DNA from: Salisapilia sapeloensis CBS 127946
Taxonomy: Eukaryota; Protista; Oomycota
DNA length: 55,392 nt
NCBI GenBank assembly: GCA_023334545.1
Contig: JAADVB010000115.1
Location: 1 to 55,392 of the forward strand
Direction: 5' to 3'
Position 1 is the first letter of the stretch. Each line of letters begins with the position of its first letter. The translations under genes were made by a program, and so were the position numbers. The notes under the pieces were generated by a model. It had not been told where the DNA came from. It saw only the letters and a list, made by a program, of their open reading frames with translations, and did not search any database. This document shows, piece by piece, positions 1 through 10,434 of this stretch.

Positions 1-1
1 G

Positions 2-148
2 ATGAGCGCTGCAGAGATGACGGACAAGCTTGGCCTCCATGGTCTTCGCCACCGCCAGTGGTTCATCCAGGCGTGTTGTGCGACGACGGGCGACGGTCTG
101 TACGAAGGTCTGGACTGGCTGTCGGCAACGTTGCAGAAGCGAAAGTAG
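2..148 (+). CDS. ARF1: ADP-ribosylation factor (ARF1-type), C-terminal fragment; gene begins before the window
   Basis: Frame 2 reads [48 protein letters not shown], the classic ARF C-terminus ([16 protein letters not shown]). Not in the ORF track. Confidence 0.95.
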   Translation: MSAAEMTDKLGLHGLRHRQWFIQACCATTGDGLYEGLDWLSATLQKRK

Positions 149-293
149 ATGCATCCTTTTTCTTTTCTGTTTTTCTTCCAAAGGTTTTTAGCAATCAGTC
201 TGGCACGAGATGTGTCTGGACGAAGGAACTCGTAATAAAAGGTCTCCGAGCAAGCAGTTTGGAGGAAAAGAGAATGAATTTGAACGCCTTTGT

Positions 294-753
294 TTAGCCT
301 TCGCCCAGCATGAGGTTCACACGTTTCATGATGTAGTCCTTAGATGGGTCGTACGGATTCTCTTTGCTCGGAATCTCGAGCACCGTCGGGATCGTCTTGT
401 CATAACTGTTGAGCAAGTGCCGAATCTCCTCTGCAATCTACATTGGTCCGACTGAATGAGTATTGTCTAGTAGTTTCTGGAGGAGAAACTTACGTGCTGG
501 TTGATTAGGATAATGCCAATGTCGTTGCGGTTCGAGAGCTTATTAAAGCTCTCCTCGATCGCCGAGATCGGGGTATCTACGTCCATCTCGTCTTAGCTTC
601 CACCTACCTTATCTCCTGCCAAAACCTCGTACTAGACTTTACAACTAGAAAGTTGGACCCTTCAGCCGTGCGATGACCGACGCCAGCCAGCACAAAGCCC
701 GTCACGGTATCCTCATCTCCAATCACGCCGATCAACTTGGTCGCATCCGCCAT
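294..753 (-). CDS. ATP6V1F: V-type H+-ATPase subunit F (3 exons)
   Basis: Spliced translation MADATKLIGVIGDEDTVTGFVLAGVG...DIGIILINQH...IPTVLEIPSKENPYDPSKDYIMKRV contains the Vma7 signatures; two short GT-AG introns. Confidence 0.95.
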
Positions 754-843
754 TATTTCTGTCTTCTCTGCCTAAATCTTTCTTAACGGCTACCTTTTGG
801 TCATAAATTAATCCAGTCACTCGCTCAATTGACAAGAAGAAGC

Positions 844-1791
844 ATGTTTTGGCAAGTGCGTGTGCTTGCGAGAGCCCATGGCAAGCTGCTAGGCGGATTA
901 TCGCTTTCGGCAACCGGCATTGCCTCCTTTGGTGCGTCTGCCTTCCACTTTTATGCTGCGGCTACGGCTGCCATGTGCGAAGATGAATCATCCGTGCCGA
1001 AAGTCTCGCGTCCAAAGGTTGAAAAGCCAGCGCTCAAATACGAGGAGAACCGGGCTTTCCGACTAGATGAGGTGGAACAGCTCACACCGTCGACACGGAA
1101 ACTGACGTTTGCGTTGGACTCACCCACACAGTGCATGGGTGTGCCCGTCGGCAGCTGCTTAATTGCACGAGCTAAAGTCAATGGCCGACGATGCATGGGC
1201 TACTACTACCCAGTGAACCACAATGATGAAAGCGGTATATTACAGTTACTAGTAAAGGACAATGCGAATGTGGAGTTGGCCAAGTATATGTCGAACATGC
1301 AGCCGGGGGAATCGCTCGAGCTAAAAGGTCCTTTGCCTCGCATCTCGTACCGTCCGAATCGATACGAAAAGATCGGGCTCATCGCTGAAGGATATGGCAT
1401 TGCACCCATGCTCCAGCTCATCAAACAGATCTGCCGAGACCCGTGCGATCGAACGGAGATCGTCCTATTGTATCAAAACTCTTCGGAAGATGAGATCGCT
1501 TTGCGAGACGAATTAGACGCCATCGAGTACTTGTACAAGGGCCAGTTCCAGGTCTTTTATTCGCTGGAAGACGCTCCAGACGACTGGGAAGGCTACCGAG
1601 GGCAGATCACAAAGGAAGTGATCGAGGAACTGATGCCGGAACCTTCAGATTCGAACCTGGTCTGCGTCGCCGGTCCGTCATCCATGAAGTACTATGTGAG
1701 CGGCGACCGAGCGAAGGATTTATCGCAAGGCGAGCTGCAGGGGCTGTTGAAAAAGAGCGGGTACACTTCGAAGCAAGTGCTCAAGTTCTAG
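844..1791 (+). CDS. NADH-cytochrome b5 reductase (FNR family), Mcr1-like N-terminal targeting/anchor region
   Basis: Single-exon ORF with FAD-binding segment (GYYYPV..., LLVK), NAD-binding IAEGYGIAPMLQ, VCVAGPSSM and C-terminal QVLKF. First ATG is at 844; the ORF track starts at a TTG. Confidence 0.9.
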   Translation: MFWQVRVLARAHGKLLGGLSLSATGIASFGASAFHFYAAATAAMCEDESSVPKVSRPKVEKPALKYEENRAFRLDEVEQLTPSTRKLTFALDSPTQCMGVPVGSCLIARAKVNGRRCMGYYYPVNHNDESGILQLLVKDNANVELAKYMSNMQPGESLELKGPLPRISYRPNRYEKIGLIAEGYGIAPMLQLIKQICRDPCDRTEIVLLYQNSSEDEIALRDELDAIEYLYKGQFQVFYSLEDAPDDWEGYRGQITKEVIEELMPEPSDSNLVCVAGPSSMKYYVSGDRAKDLSQGELQGLLKKSGYTSKQVLKF

Positions 1792-1911
1792 CAGCGTAGG
1801 TTGAAGAGACGTAAGCCCAGCGCGAAAACAAACTGTTCTGGAGATCCATTCGTAGTCTAATCGTTTCGGAAGGTCATTGTGACAGGCGAAAGCATGCACT
1901 AGTCATGCCAG

Positions 1912-2196
1912 CTAGCGTCTTGACACAGTTGTACTCGGGCCTATCCTTTCTACAGTACGTGGGTGGTCGGCATCAGACGACGATGGCTTCCAGACAAGTT
2001 CGATACGGACGCGACGAGGTACGAGTATCCAGGCGCCGTCGAGCTCTACCGTCAGAACGATGCTCGACAACGTCTGGTTGTCCCAGAAAAAGCGGTCCTC
2101 GTCTGACTCCCCTCCGACTAGCAAAGTAATGTAATCTAATGGGATCCTGCGCAGGATCCCTTGACCGATGGCGAGCACATGCAGATATGTGTAATC
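1912..2196 (-). CDS. Unresolved coding-like exon, hypothetical protein
   Basis: Open frame DYTYLHVLAIGQGILRRIPLDYITLLVGGESDEDRFFWDNQTLSSIVLTVELDGAWILVPRRVRIELVWKP follows a TAG acceptor. I could not find an in-phase upstream exon or start, and the same register is also largely open on the + strand. Confidence 0.3.
   Translation of the reverse strand, partial: DYTYLHVLAIGQGILRRIPLDYITLLVGGESDEDRFFWDNQTLSSIVLTVELDGAWILVPRRVRIELVWKPSSSDADHPRTVERIGPSTTVSRR
2141..2160. repeat. Perfect 20-bp palindrome GGGATCCTGCGCAGGATCCC
   Basis: The sequence equals its own reverse complement over 20 nt; the flanking bases (T/T) do not extend it. Confidence 0.95.
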
Positions 2197-2341
2197 CTAG
2201 ATAGCATCGCATTGTTCCACTGCAGTTCACAACTTCCACCTTCGACTAAATCCCATCTCCAAAGACATTGGAAAGAACCAGCAAGACTGGTCAAAGGTCT
2301 GCTCGGAAAACGCTAATTTTGGATTCGTAACTACCATAACC

Positions 2342-3946
2342 ATGCCTCGTCGGATCGCTGTCGTTGGTGCCGCCGGTGCTGGTAAGCTCCGCTTCGTCAA
2401 GGCACTCGGAGCCTCTGGGTGCTCCCCAAAGTCTGGAAGCAAAGATAATGCTCGTCAGCGAGTTTTCAAGTGGAACCCATGGCGACCGACGTCGACGCCC
2501 GTGACGCTAGAGATTTTGCATGACGACGAGGCGGAGGCACTGCGTCCGTCTCGAGGAGATATCCTCGTGGTCGTGTGCGACCTCACCCGCCTCGAGTCCG
2601 TCTACTACGCCATGAATCACTGGTCGCACGATGAACTGGGCGGCGTCTCGGGTGATCTCAAGATCTTGCTCATCGGTTCTCACGCCGACTGCCTCCAGTC
2701 TCGCGCGATTACCACGCCCGAAGCCTCTGCTCTGGCAGAAGGTCGATTTGATAGGTACATTGAGACATGCTCCACCACGCCACCTTTTCGTGGCATCGAC
2801 CGAGCTCGACAGATCCTCGAGCTCTGGGCGATCGATGGAAATCGGAAGTCTCCGCCTACTTCTCCCATGTCTGCTCCTGCCTTCCTCCCTATTTCACATG
2901 GTAGGTACAGATCGTACTCGGAGAACGTCAGTACTACGGAGCATATAGGTGATCCTCGAGACGAAGAGGAGAGTAGTAGCAGTGACTCGGACAGCGGATC
3001 GGATCCTGGAGACGTCCGACTGCGTCCGATCTCCCGAGCGCTCTTTGAAATCCGAGAAGCTGGCCATAGCAAGATGAAGCAACTGGCTGCCTGTCGTCAG
3101 ACGACGCTCACGAGGTTCATGCGACGTAGTCGGTACTTTGGGCCGACCGAGAGCAGCCGTCTGAGTCGATGGCGCAAGCAGCAGAGAACCGAGAGTCTAT
3201 CTCCTCAGGATGAACTCATCGCCCAGCATCGCCATCGACCGCGTGTGTGTAGTGAAGACACGTTGCCGGAGGTATCGTCTCGGTCGTACCTACGTCCGAC
3301 GGAACTCATGAGACGCAGGTCAAAGGAGACCGAGTTCGTTCGCCGACAGACTCATTTGAAGAAAGAAGAGCACTTGCGTGCCTGCGATCGAAGTCGAGAT
3401 GGAAAGAAAGGTAGAAAGAGTCCGACTGGTATCCACAAACCAAAAGAGAAATCGCTTGTAGTTCAATCGGCTTTGGAAGACCCTTTGGAGCCGGTGATAG
3501 CAACGAGCGTGGGAAGTGAAAAAGAGGATTTGGCTCTAATGAAGGACAGTAACTTGTGGATGGACCAAATGGATGGGATGGGCAATGATAGTCTCTGGAT
3601 GGAGCATGCGCCTTCGATGGAAATGGCTGCATGGGAGTCTGCACCGGCACCGGAAGCGAATACCACATCGACTGCTCCGGCAGAAGAAGCTGCTCCAGAT
3701 GCGGGTTCTTCTGTGGAGGTACAAGAACCAGACCAAGTCGAGTCCGTCGAAGAAAGTACGAAGGGCACGGATGCGCTATTTCTAGAAACCGATACGTTCG
3801 ATTTGAACCAGAGCTCGTTATCAGAGGAAACCAACAAACAGTCTACGATAGTTCCAGTCGCTGTGAGCGACAGTGGTAGCGACAGTCCGTCTGACTCGGT
3901 CAGTGACCTCCTGGACTACTTTGACAATGTGTCTTTGCCATTGTAA
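2342..3946 (+). CDS. Degenerate Ras/Rab-like small-GTPase fold followed by a long disordered basic then acidic tail
   Basis: 534-aa single-exon ORF: RIAVVGAAGAGK P-loop-like start, DILVVVCDLTRLES (Rab-like beta4), ILLIGSHADC (G4-like), YIETCS (G5-like), then S/R/E-rich low complexity. Confidence 0.7.
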   Translation: MPRRIAVVGAAGAGKLRFVKALGASGCSPKSGSKDNARQRVFKWNPWRPTSTPVTLEILHDDEAEALRPSRGDILVVVCDLTRLESVYYAMNHWSHDELGGVSGDLKILLIGSHADCLQSRAITTPEASALAEGRFDRYIETCSTTPPFRGIDRARQILELWAIDGNRKSPPTSPMSAPAFLPISHGRYRSYSENVSTTEHIGDPRDEEESSSSDSDSGSDPGDVRLRPISRALFEIREAGHSKMKQLAACRQTTLTRFMRRSRYFGPTESSRLSRWRKQQRTESLSPQDELIAQHRHRPRVCSEDTLPEVSSRSYLRPTELMRRRSKETEFVRRQTHLKKEEHLRACDRSRDGKKGRKSPTGIHKPKEKSLVVQSALEDPLEPVIATSVGSEKEDLALMKDSNLWMDQMDGMGNDSLWMEHAPSMEMAAWESAPAPEANTTSTAPAEEAAPDAGSSVEVQEPDQVESVEESTKGTDALFLETDTFDLNQSSLSEETNKQSTIVPVAVSDSGSDSPSDSVSDLLDYFDNVSLPL

Positions 3947-4042
3947 AGGAACCAAGTGTCTACTACAATTGCAGGTGGATGCAAGAAAATCAACCTAAGT
4001 ATAATAAAACACATCAATTTTCTTTTGAAATGGAAAGCGTGC

Positions 4043-4724
4043 TTAATACGTGAGGATTGACATCCCAGTCAAGGTTTCCATCCACATATAAAAGTCACAG
4101 ATGAGCGAGTACGTTGGGTAGATAAATGTGGCTGGAGTGTTCCGCTCATAAAAGAAGTGGCCGACCCAGGCGAAGCTATACCCACAGAAGAGCACGAGAG
4201 ATGCTCTTGAGAGAGATCCGTAAAGGAATTTAGTGGTGTTGAAATAAATGACTAGAGCCGTACACGCTTCCACGATGCCGGTGTCGTGATGACGAAGGAG
4301 AGGACAGACGATCTGACCTGTTAGACCTGTGAATTGCGTAAGATAAGATAGTCTGGAGTTATTATGCCATCGCTGTACCGGCGAGAAGTGTTGCTGGAAT
4401 GAGTTCCGGTGTGACTAGTGCAATTAAAACGTAGATCGATGTTCCAGTAGCATGGAGGTAGACTGAAGTTTGATCTTGGTGGTCATTGGCACTAGAAACA
4501 CTATTGATGAGTCCATATCGGTCGACTGTCTTGGTATGATTGACGTACTATCGAGTGCGAAAGCTTTCAAGATCAGAGTACGGCTTGTTTGCAGAAGGTG
4601 GAGTAGAAGATGGGGGCAAGGAGTTCAGAATGGTCGGGAGAGCCCATGACAGACTAGCAATTACAACACCAACGAGGAGCCATCGAGAGAGGATAGAAGA
4701 GGAAGCAGCTTTGGTCTGGGACAT
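4043..4724 (-). CDS. Mpo1/DUF962-family membrane protein (3 exons)
   Basis: Spliced model ...KPYSDLESFRTRYANDHQDQTSVYLHATGT...GYSFAWVGHFFYERNTPATFIYPTYSLICDF; AWVGHFFYE/NxPATF is the DUF962 signature. Intron 1 is 4492-4548. Confidence 0.8.
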
Positions 4725-4769
4725 GTCGACGGACGCTTTTACGGTTCTCAAGTGTGCTGGCGATGCCGA

Positions 4770-5144
4770 TCAGCACTTTTCGATCTCCAAAAGTTGTATG
4801 CTGCTATGCATGCATCCAACTTCAAGGTGTAACTTCAATCTGGCGTACGTGCATGGCAGTGCCGAACCATGCAAAAGCAAAGTCGACTGGAAATGATCAC
4901 GATGACCGTCAGAGATACGAAAGCACTAGTGTTACATGTACCTTAAGTCGGTTGAAAGTCTTGATGGCGCAGTCCATATTCCCAAAGTATCTCGAGTAAT
5001 ATAGCCAATCAACACTTCATATTCAAATATTTTATCCAATAAATGAAGGGCAGACATCTTATCTTGACAACGAACCAAATACTGTGCTACAAAGGTCTTT
5101 CGTCTCTTGTCGACGGACGATAACTCTCCAATACAATGCGCCAT
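4770..5144 (-). CDS. Possible small 4-exon hypothetical protein
   Basis: Three canonical short introns can be chained in frame (...KTFVAHVDWLYYSRYFGNMDCAIKTFNRLKSTLLLHGSALPCTSIQLLEIEKC*). The only in-frame ATG (5144) overlaps the UTP23 start, and no family is recognised. Confidence 0.2.
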
Positions 5145-6042
5145 TTACGAGCCAAGAGCATTCGCAAAGCCCTCAAGCAATATCAATTCCTATGTGGCAT
5201 TAAAGCGCCGTACAAGGTACATTTACGCACGCTGAGCCAGTCATAATTTATGCATTCATCTCGATTGTGCTTTGTATAGGTTCTTCTCGATGGCAACTTT
5301 ATTGCTATGTGCACTCAAATGCACGTGGATATTCGAGAGAGACTGCCAAAGTTCCTGCAGGTGAAGCCGCACGAGTGCGAACTATATGTTCCTGCCGCTG
5401 CGCTCAAGGAGCTCGAGCTCTTGGGTGACGTTACCAAAGAAGCTTATATGCTAGCCAAGTCATTCAAAGTAGTGGATGCGGAACAGACTGAGGAGAAGAA
5501 TGAAGAAGTGGACGATGCTGATAAACCTTCATCAAGCAATGATGTGAGTGAAAACATCAAAACAATCATCGGTAACTACTACTGCTACTTGACACACCTT
5601 GTATCGTAATCTAACGAGCGTGTCTGTTCCCATAATAGGTGATTCGAACAGTAGAAGGTTTTTCGTGGCAACGCAGGAAGTGGAATTGCGAAAGGCACTT
5701 CGACTTGTTCCAGGCGTGCCTATGATCTATCTGAACCGATCCATCTTGGTGTTTGAAGACATTTCGAAAGCCACGCTTGCGATTGTTCGCCAGAAGGAGA
5801 AGACACAGAGGTCGAATTTGGACAGCCAGGAAAGCCGTCAACTATCAAAATTGGAGTCAAAAGAAGAGGAAGAAAGCGACGATGGAGAGAAACACTTAAA
5901 AAAGTTTAGAGGCAGTGACATCACAAAGGTTCAAGTGCCACAGCGGAAGCGGAAGCGAGCCGCAGGACCAAATCCACTCGCGATGAGGAAGCCTAGTAAG
6001 AAAAAAGTACGAGCAAAGAAGCGGAAAACAGAGAGCAATTAA
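5136..6042 (+). CDS. UTP23: rRNA-processing PIN-domain protein Utp23 (3 exons)
   Basis: MRHLRAKSIRKALKQYQFLCGIKAPYK/VLLDGNF...ELELLG...FFVATQEVELRKALRLVPGVPMIYL...KRKRAAGPNPLAMRKP; the GPNPL basic tail is typical of Utp23. Confidence 0.92.
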
Positions 6043-6204
6043 TTCACTTTTCGGATCTGTAATTCCATTTTGGCTATCATTACGTTTGCATTTGTTGTCA
6101 CAGTGGGACACTGCTTCGACTAGAAATAAAAGCGCGAACCGTTTTGAAACATATACGCAAGACTGGAAGCAGAAATGTCGCGTTGTGTTTCCAGATCCAA
6201 GGGT

Positions 6205-7818
6205 ATGGCAGACGCTGCGTCTGACAGTGAAGACAGCGATGTCTTGGACAACGTCATTGCGGCTGTCCAGAATACTCACCTACGGCGAACGGAAGTGAAA
6301 CCAGACATTTCATCGCACAAGTCTTCTCACTTTGATCTGAGCTTGGGTAATCTAGAAGATAGCACGCAGTCTGATGTATCGGAACTCTACCAATACATCA
6401 ACCAGCTCGAAGTACAAAAGTCAGACTTGACGTCTCAGCTTCGCCAGTTACAGTTCACCAATTCACATCAGGCAAACCGGCTAGAGGATCAATCCCATCG
6501 TATCGCACGCCTTGAAAGTGCCTTGTCGGATGCGAATGCAATTCGTAAAGCTCTTGAACGAGAGCGACATCTTTTGGACACGCAGCACCGTGCTGAGAAA
6601 GATAGACTTCAGGCGCTTGAAAAGCACTTGGAAGACATTTCGGAGAAATACGAGCATGCGGAGAAAGCAAGACGCATGGCTATGGTCAAGCTTAGCTCAA
6701 TGGACGCATCGCATAGTCACGCATTCACCTTAGATACTCCAGAACCCCCTCGCCAACCCAGATCAATGTCAGTGATGAAGGAAAGCGATTCGAGAGCAAG
6801 ACTACAACGAGAAGTAGAGCTTCTTCGACACCAGCTTGTTTTAAATGAAAAGCAGCTTCATGAAAAGCAAAGATTAGCTGTTGACATGGCCCTGCGAAAT
6901 GCTCAAATGGAGCATGCAGCAGAGCTGGAAAAAGTTAAATTGGAATGCGAACTGAAGCTTCATGAGTGGCGATACGAAGAAACGGTTCGAGGAAAAGAAG
7001 TACAAATGGCAGTAGACGAAGACAGACAAAGTATCCGGCTAGAAATGTCACGAGCGATAGAAAGGATTAAAGCCGATGGTGTGGGTTGCTGTACACCATA
7101 CTCGAAGACGCTAGACCGAGGGGTGGACAGTGTAATGCTTGCTGATGAAAACGTGGACAGCGTTATCGGACAAATACAGAGTGAACTGGTATACACGAGG
7201 CGAAGGGATTTCTTGCAACGCGCCCTGATGACACGACAGCGATGTCTAGAACGCATGACGCGTAAGCGGTTTGTTAAGTGGCATCTAGCTTCTACTTTGC
7301 TTACAGCGTTCCGAAGCCAAGCGGCAGCGAGGATAGTAAATGTACTTCAGTCTATGAAGACAAGAGCAGTGCACGTTACATTTAATAAATGGCGTATACT
7401 CACCAATGCAATCAACACGCATCGGTTCCAGCATCGAGCATTGTTGTACTGGAACCAAATGGTCGCTGTTGAGCGTCTTGGACACATCTCCCACCGGACG
7501 ACAGTAACTTTTACCTTCCCACCTCAAGTTCATCTACTCGAGTAGCTAATATGCCTTCGTTTGCCCTAGATTAAACGCATGTCATCTGCGTTCTATCGCC
7601 TTAAGCACAACCATCCAGACTTGATCGCGATTGCAAATAATCCGGAGCATGATCCTTCAGTTCCTTCGAACTTGATGACGAAAGAACATAATCAATCAAA
7701 TGAGTCGAGCGAGGTGCAGTCACTTCAAAGCGAGATCCAGCGGCTACATGAACAGCTTGCTAGTTCCAAGTCAGAAGCCTGGAAGTACAAGCGGCAACTA
7801 CTTCAACAGTTTGTATAG
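6205..7818 (+). CDS. Long coiled-coil hypothetical protein with FxxW-type helical motifs (2 exons)
   Basis: ORF 6175-7545 joins in frame through a GTAACT...CCCTAG intron to IKRMSSAFYRLKH...QQFV*. E/Q/L/R heptad composition. Start could be 6175 or 6205. Confidence 0.7.
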
Positions 7819-7960
7819 TTAGTCACCCACTTGCGCTTTATTTTACCATGAACGTAACATCGAATAAAAGGTTAAAATTGCCTTGTAATTGTGTTTGCTA
7901 AAGGGTGACGGATGCACCTTGAATTCGTGCTCGGCAAATTTATCGAAGCAAAGAACGTGC

Positions 7961-10434
7961 TTAGTAACCTTGGTGACCTTGTCCCGCAGGTGGATACCCT
8001 TGTCCATATGCTTGCTGTCCAGCAGAGTATCCCTGGGTGGCTTGCTGAGCATAATTAGGAGGATATCCTTGCTGTTGGTAACCTGGAGAATATCCCTGAC
8101 CGGCTTGTTGGTACTGCCATGGAGCTGCCGCATGTTGCGGGAATCCTTGTACCGGCTGTTGGGGATAGTTCGAGTAGCCTTGGGGCTGTGTCTGCTGCTG
8201 GTACGCTGGTTGTGTCATCGCCGGAGCCGGTGGTGGCATCGCTTGCGCTGCACTTGGTTCGTTCATCATCTGGTACGTCGGTTCAATGCTCGGGTTTGGC
8301 ATTATATTACGCGTCTTCATGAATTCGCATAGTTGATACGGGATCTCGGCCAAAGTCTCTCGAGCGAGTGCCTCGTAATTTCCTGCAAACCGGTTGAATG
8401 GCACGAATTGAACGCTGTGCAGAAGAAGTTTTGTGAGCTGAGAAGATGTAATACAGACGATAAGTAGCGTACATGTCGCGAGCTGCTTTACGACCACTAG
8501 GGGACTTTAACTTCTTTCCGTCGCCATCCAGCGCGTTCATGGAGCTAAAGTCGGCGGGGCCAACACCAATAATCACGATCTATCAGTACTGTGAGTTTAA
8601 AAACTATCATTGAGGTACAACTAGATTATATACAGATAAGGGTGTCGTGTGGGAAGCCTCTACAATGGTCTCCAATGTCTCTCCCATGTCCATGATAGCA
8701 CCATCTTGCATAAGGTGTCAGTGAGTGCGTCTTTAGAGATAATCATGTTGAAATGGTACCAGTGATGATGAGCAGGACAAAGTACTTTTGCTTGCGTGGA
8801 TCATTGGAATAGGCAGCAATTTGCATCGTCTGGCGAATCAGCCTGTGCATTTGCATCATAATCCGAATGGAATTAATACAAAATGCTGATATACTTTATT
8901 CAGAGGTGTTGTACGTACGGTGCAAAGTGGGTTGGACCATGCAGCTGGATGTGGCCAAGCGAAGACGTGTACAACTAGGGATGCAAGTGTGAATATCTTT
9001 TCATAAAGATCATATCAATCAAATTGAAGACCTGAAGCACTCCTTGAGCTCCATGCACCTCTGGATTCGATGCGTTTAGATTCAACGGGAAGCAGTGGTT
9101 CACTGCGCCTGCATTTGGAGGGATACCACCAAACCCATAGACAGGAATCATCTTGTCATGGTCATAGTCTTGCAAAATGGTTGCCGTTGTGGAAACCGCT
9201 TGTTGATACTACGGACGTCAAAAACAATTAATAAGATGTACAGAAGATGAATTGCTGGTAGACACATACCTGATTAGGACCTCGTGGGTCAATGAAATGA
9301 AGGCTAAGCAGAATATTATATATGTGAAGATAAGAATGGGTAGATGATCGAGTACCTTCTTGGATCCGCTGGATTACCGTTAGAAGCCGTGTAGTCGATG
9401 CCGATGACCAAGTTCATCTCCAGTCCTCCGCGCACTGCACCAGAGACTTAGTAACGTAGATGAAACCACGCCAATGACACAACTTACAGAATTCGACAAA
9501 TGTAGGTACTCGGAATGTTCTCGCTTTCACCGTTAAAAGACCCAGATCCCGATACTTTTTGCTCGTCTTCTTCTTTTGCAGCTCTTCATTCCGTAGTTGG
9601 AATTGACCACCAGACCTGTTGCTTAGCAAGTCGTCCAGGGTAGTTTCCACGTACCCCATCAACTCACTCTTTCCTCCTCTGTCATCATCAAACACTTGGA
9701 TCAAAAGTCTACGATTCACGTCACCGTTGCATAGCTGCTGCAAGGGCATTTGAATCGGCTTCCACTTCGGATTTAAGTCATTGTCAATCGTCTTCGTACG
9801 AAAGACTTGAGTCCAGCCATTCGCTTCTTGCACGCGCTGCTTGCTGATCACGAGGAACGGATCGCTCTTGTTAAACAGACCATCCATGTTGACTAGATTT
9901 TTTGCAGCAAAGCAGAGCTCGGTGTTCTGTCCACAGTTCTTTGCTTCCTCCGCTTTTACCAACACCACGCCTCGACGCGTCGAGTTCTTGTTTTTGCCAG
10001 CAAGATGGTAGGAACTGCTCTGACCTGGACTACCAAGTAGCTGTCCGAGTGAGAATTGTGTCCGGCCGAGGAAGTCGTGGGAAGAGAGATCTTTGGATGA
10101 ACCATCGTGGTCATATACTTCCACTTGCAACTGCTGGTGGATTTCAAAGTAGTACTCGACCAGAAAGAGTTTGCTCCAAGACGGATTTAAATCGTCTTTC
10201 AGTACCTCTGTGTGCCCGAGTTGGCGCCACTTCCCACTCGAAGGCTCTAACATGAAAAGTATGAGAGGAGGAAGCAAGATGAGTATGAATAGCCAAACCT
10301 TGGACGGAGAGAATGGCGAATGGATCGGACTTGGATATAATATCTCTATCTTTCAAGTCCTTGGCACTTATCGACAGCTCCACGCTAGACGTCGGGCCAT
10401 GAGCAGAGTGCATTGGAGGAGGCGCAGCGTACAT
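7961..10434 (-). CDS. CPNE: Copine (C2-C2-vWA) with Q/G/Y/P-rich C-terminal tail, about 9 exons
   Basis: VELSISAKDLKDRDIISKSDPF (C2A), NLVNMDGLFNKSDPF (C2B), vWA motifs NLVIGIDYTASNG, YGFGG, GPTHFAP, YFVLLIITDG, LSIVIIGVGPADF, RDIVQFVPF all join in frame across GT-AG introns. Confidence 0.95.
7964..8200 (-). repeat. Imperfect coding repeats (QGY/QQQ/PPA) in the copine tail
   Basis: Translation QPQGYSNYPQQPVQGFPQ...QAGQGYSPGYQQQGYPPNYAQQATQGYSAGQQAYGQGYPPAGQGHQGY; recurring tatccct/tatcctt/ataccct in the DNA. Confidence 0.8.
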
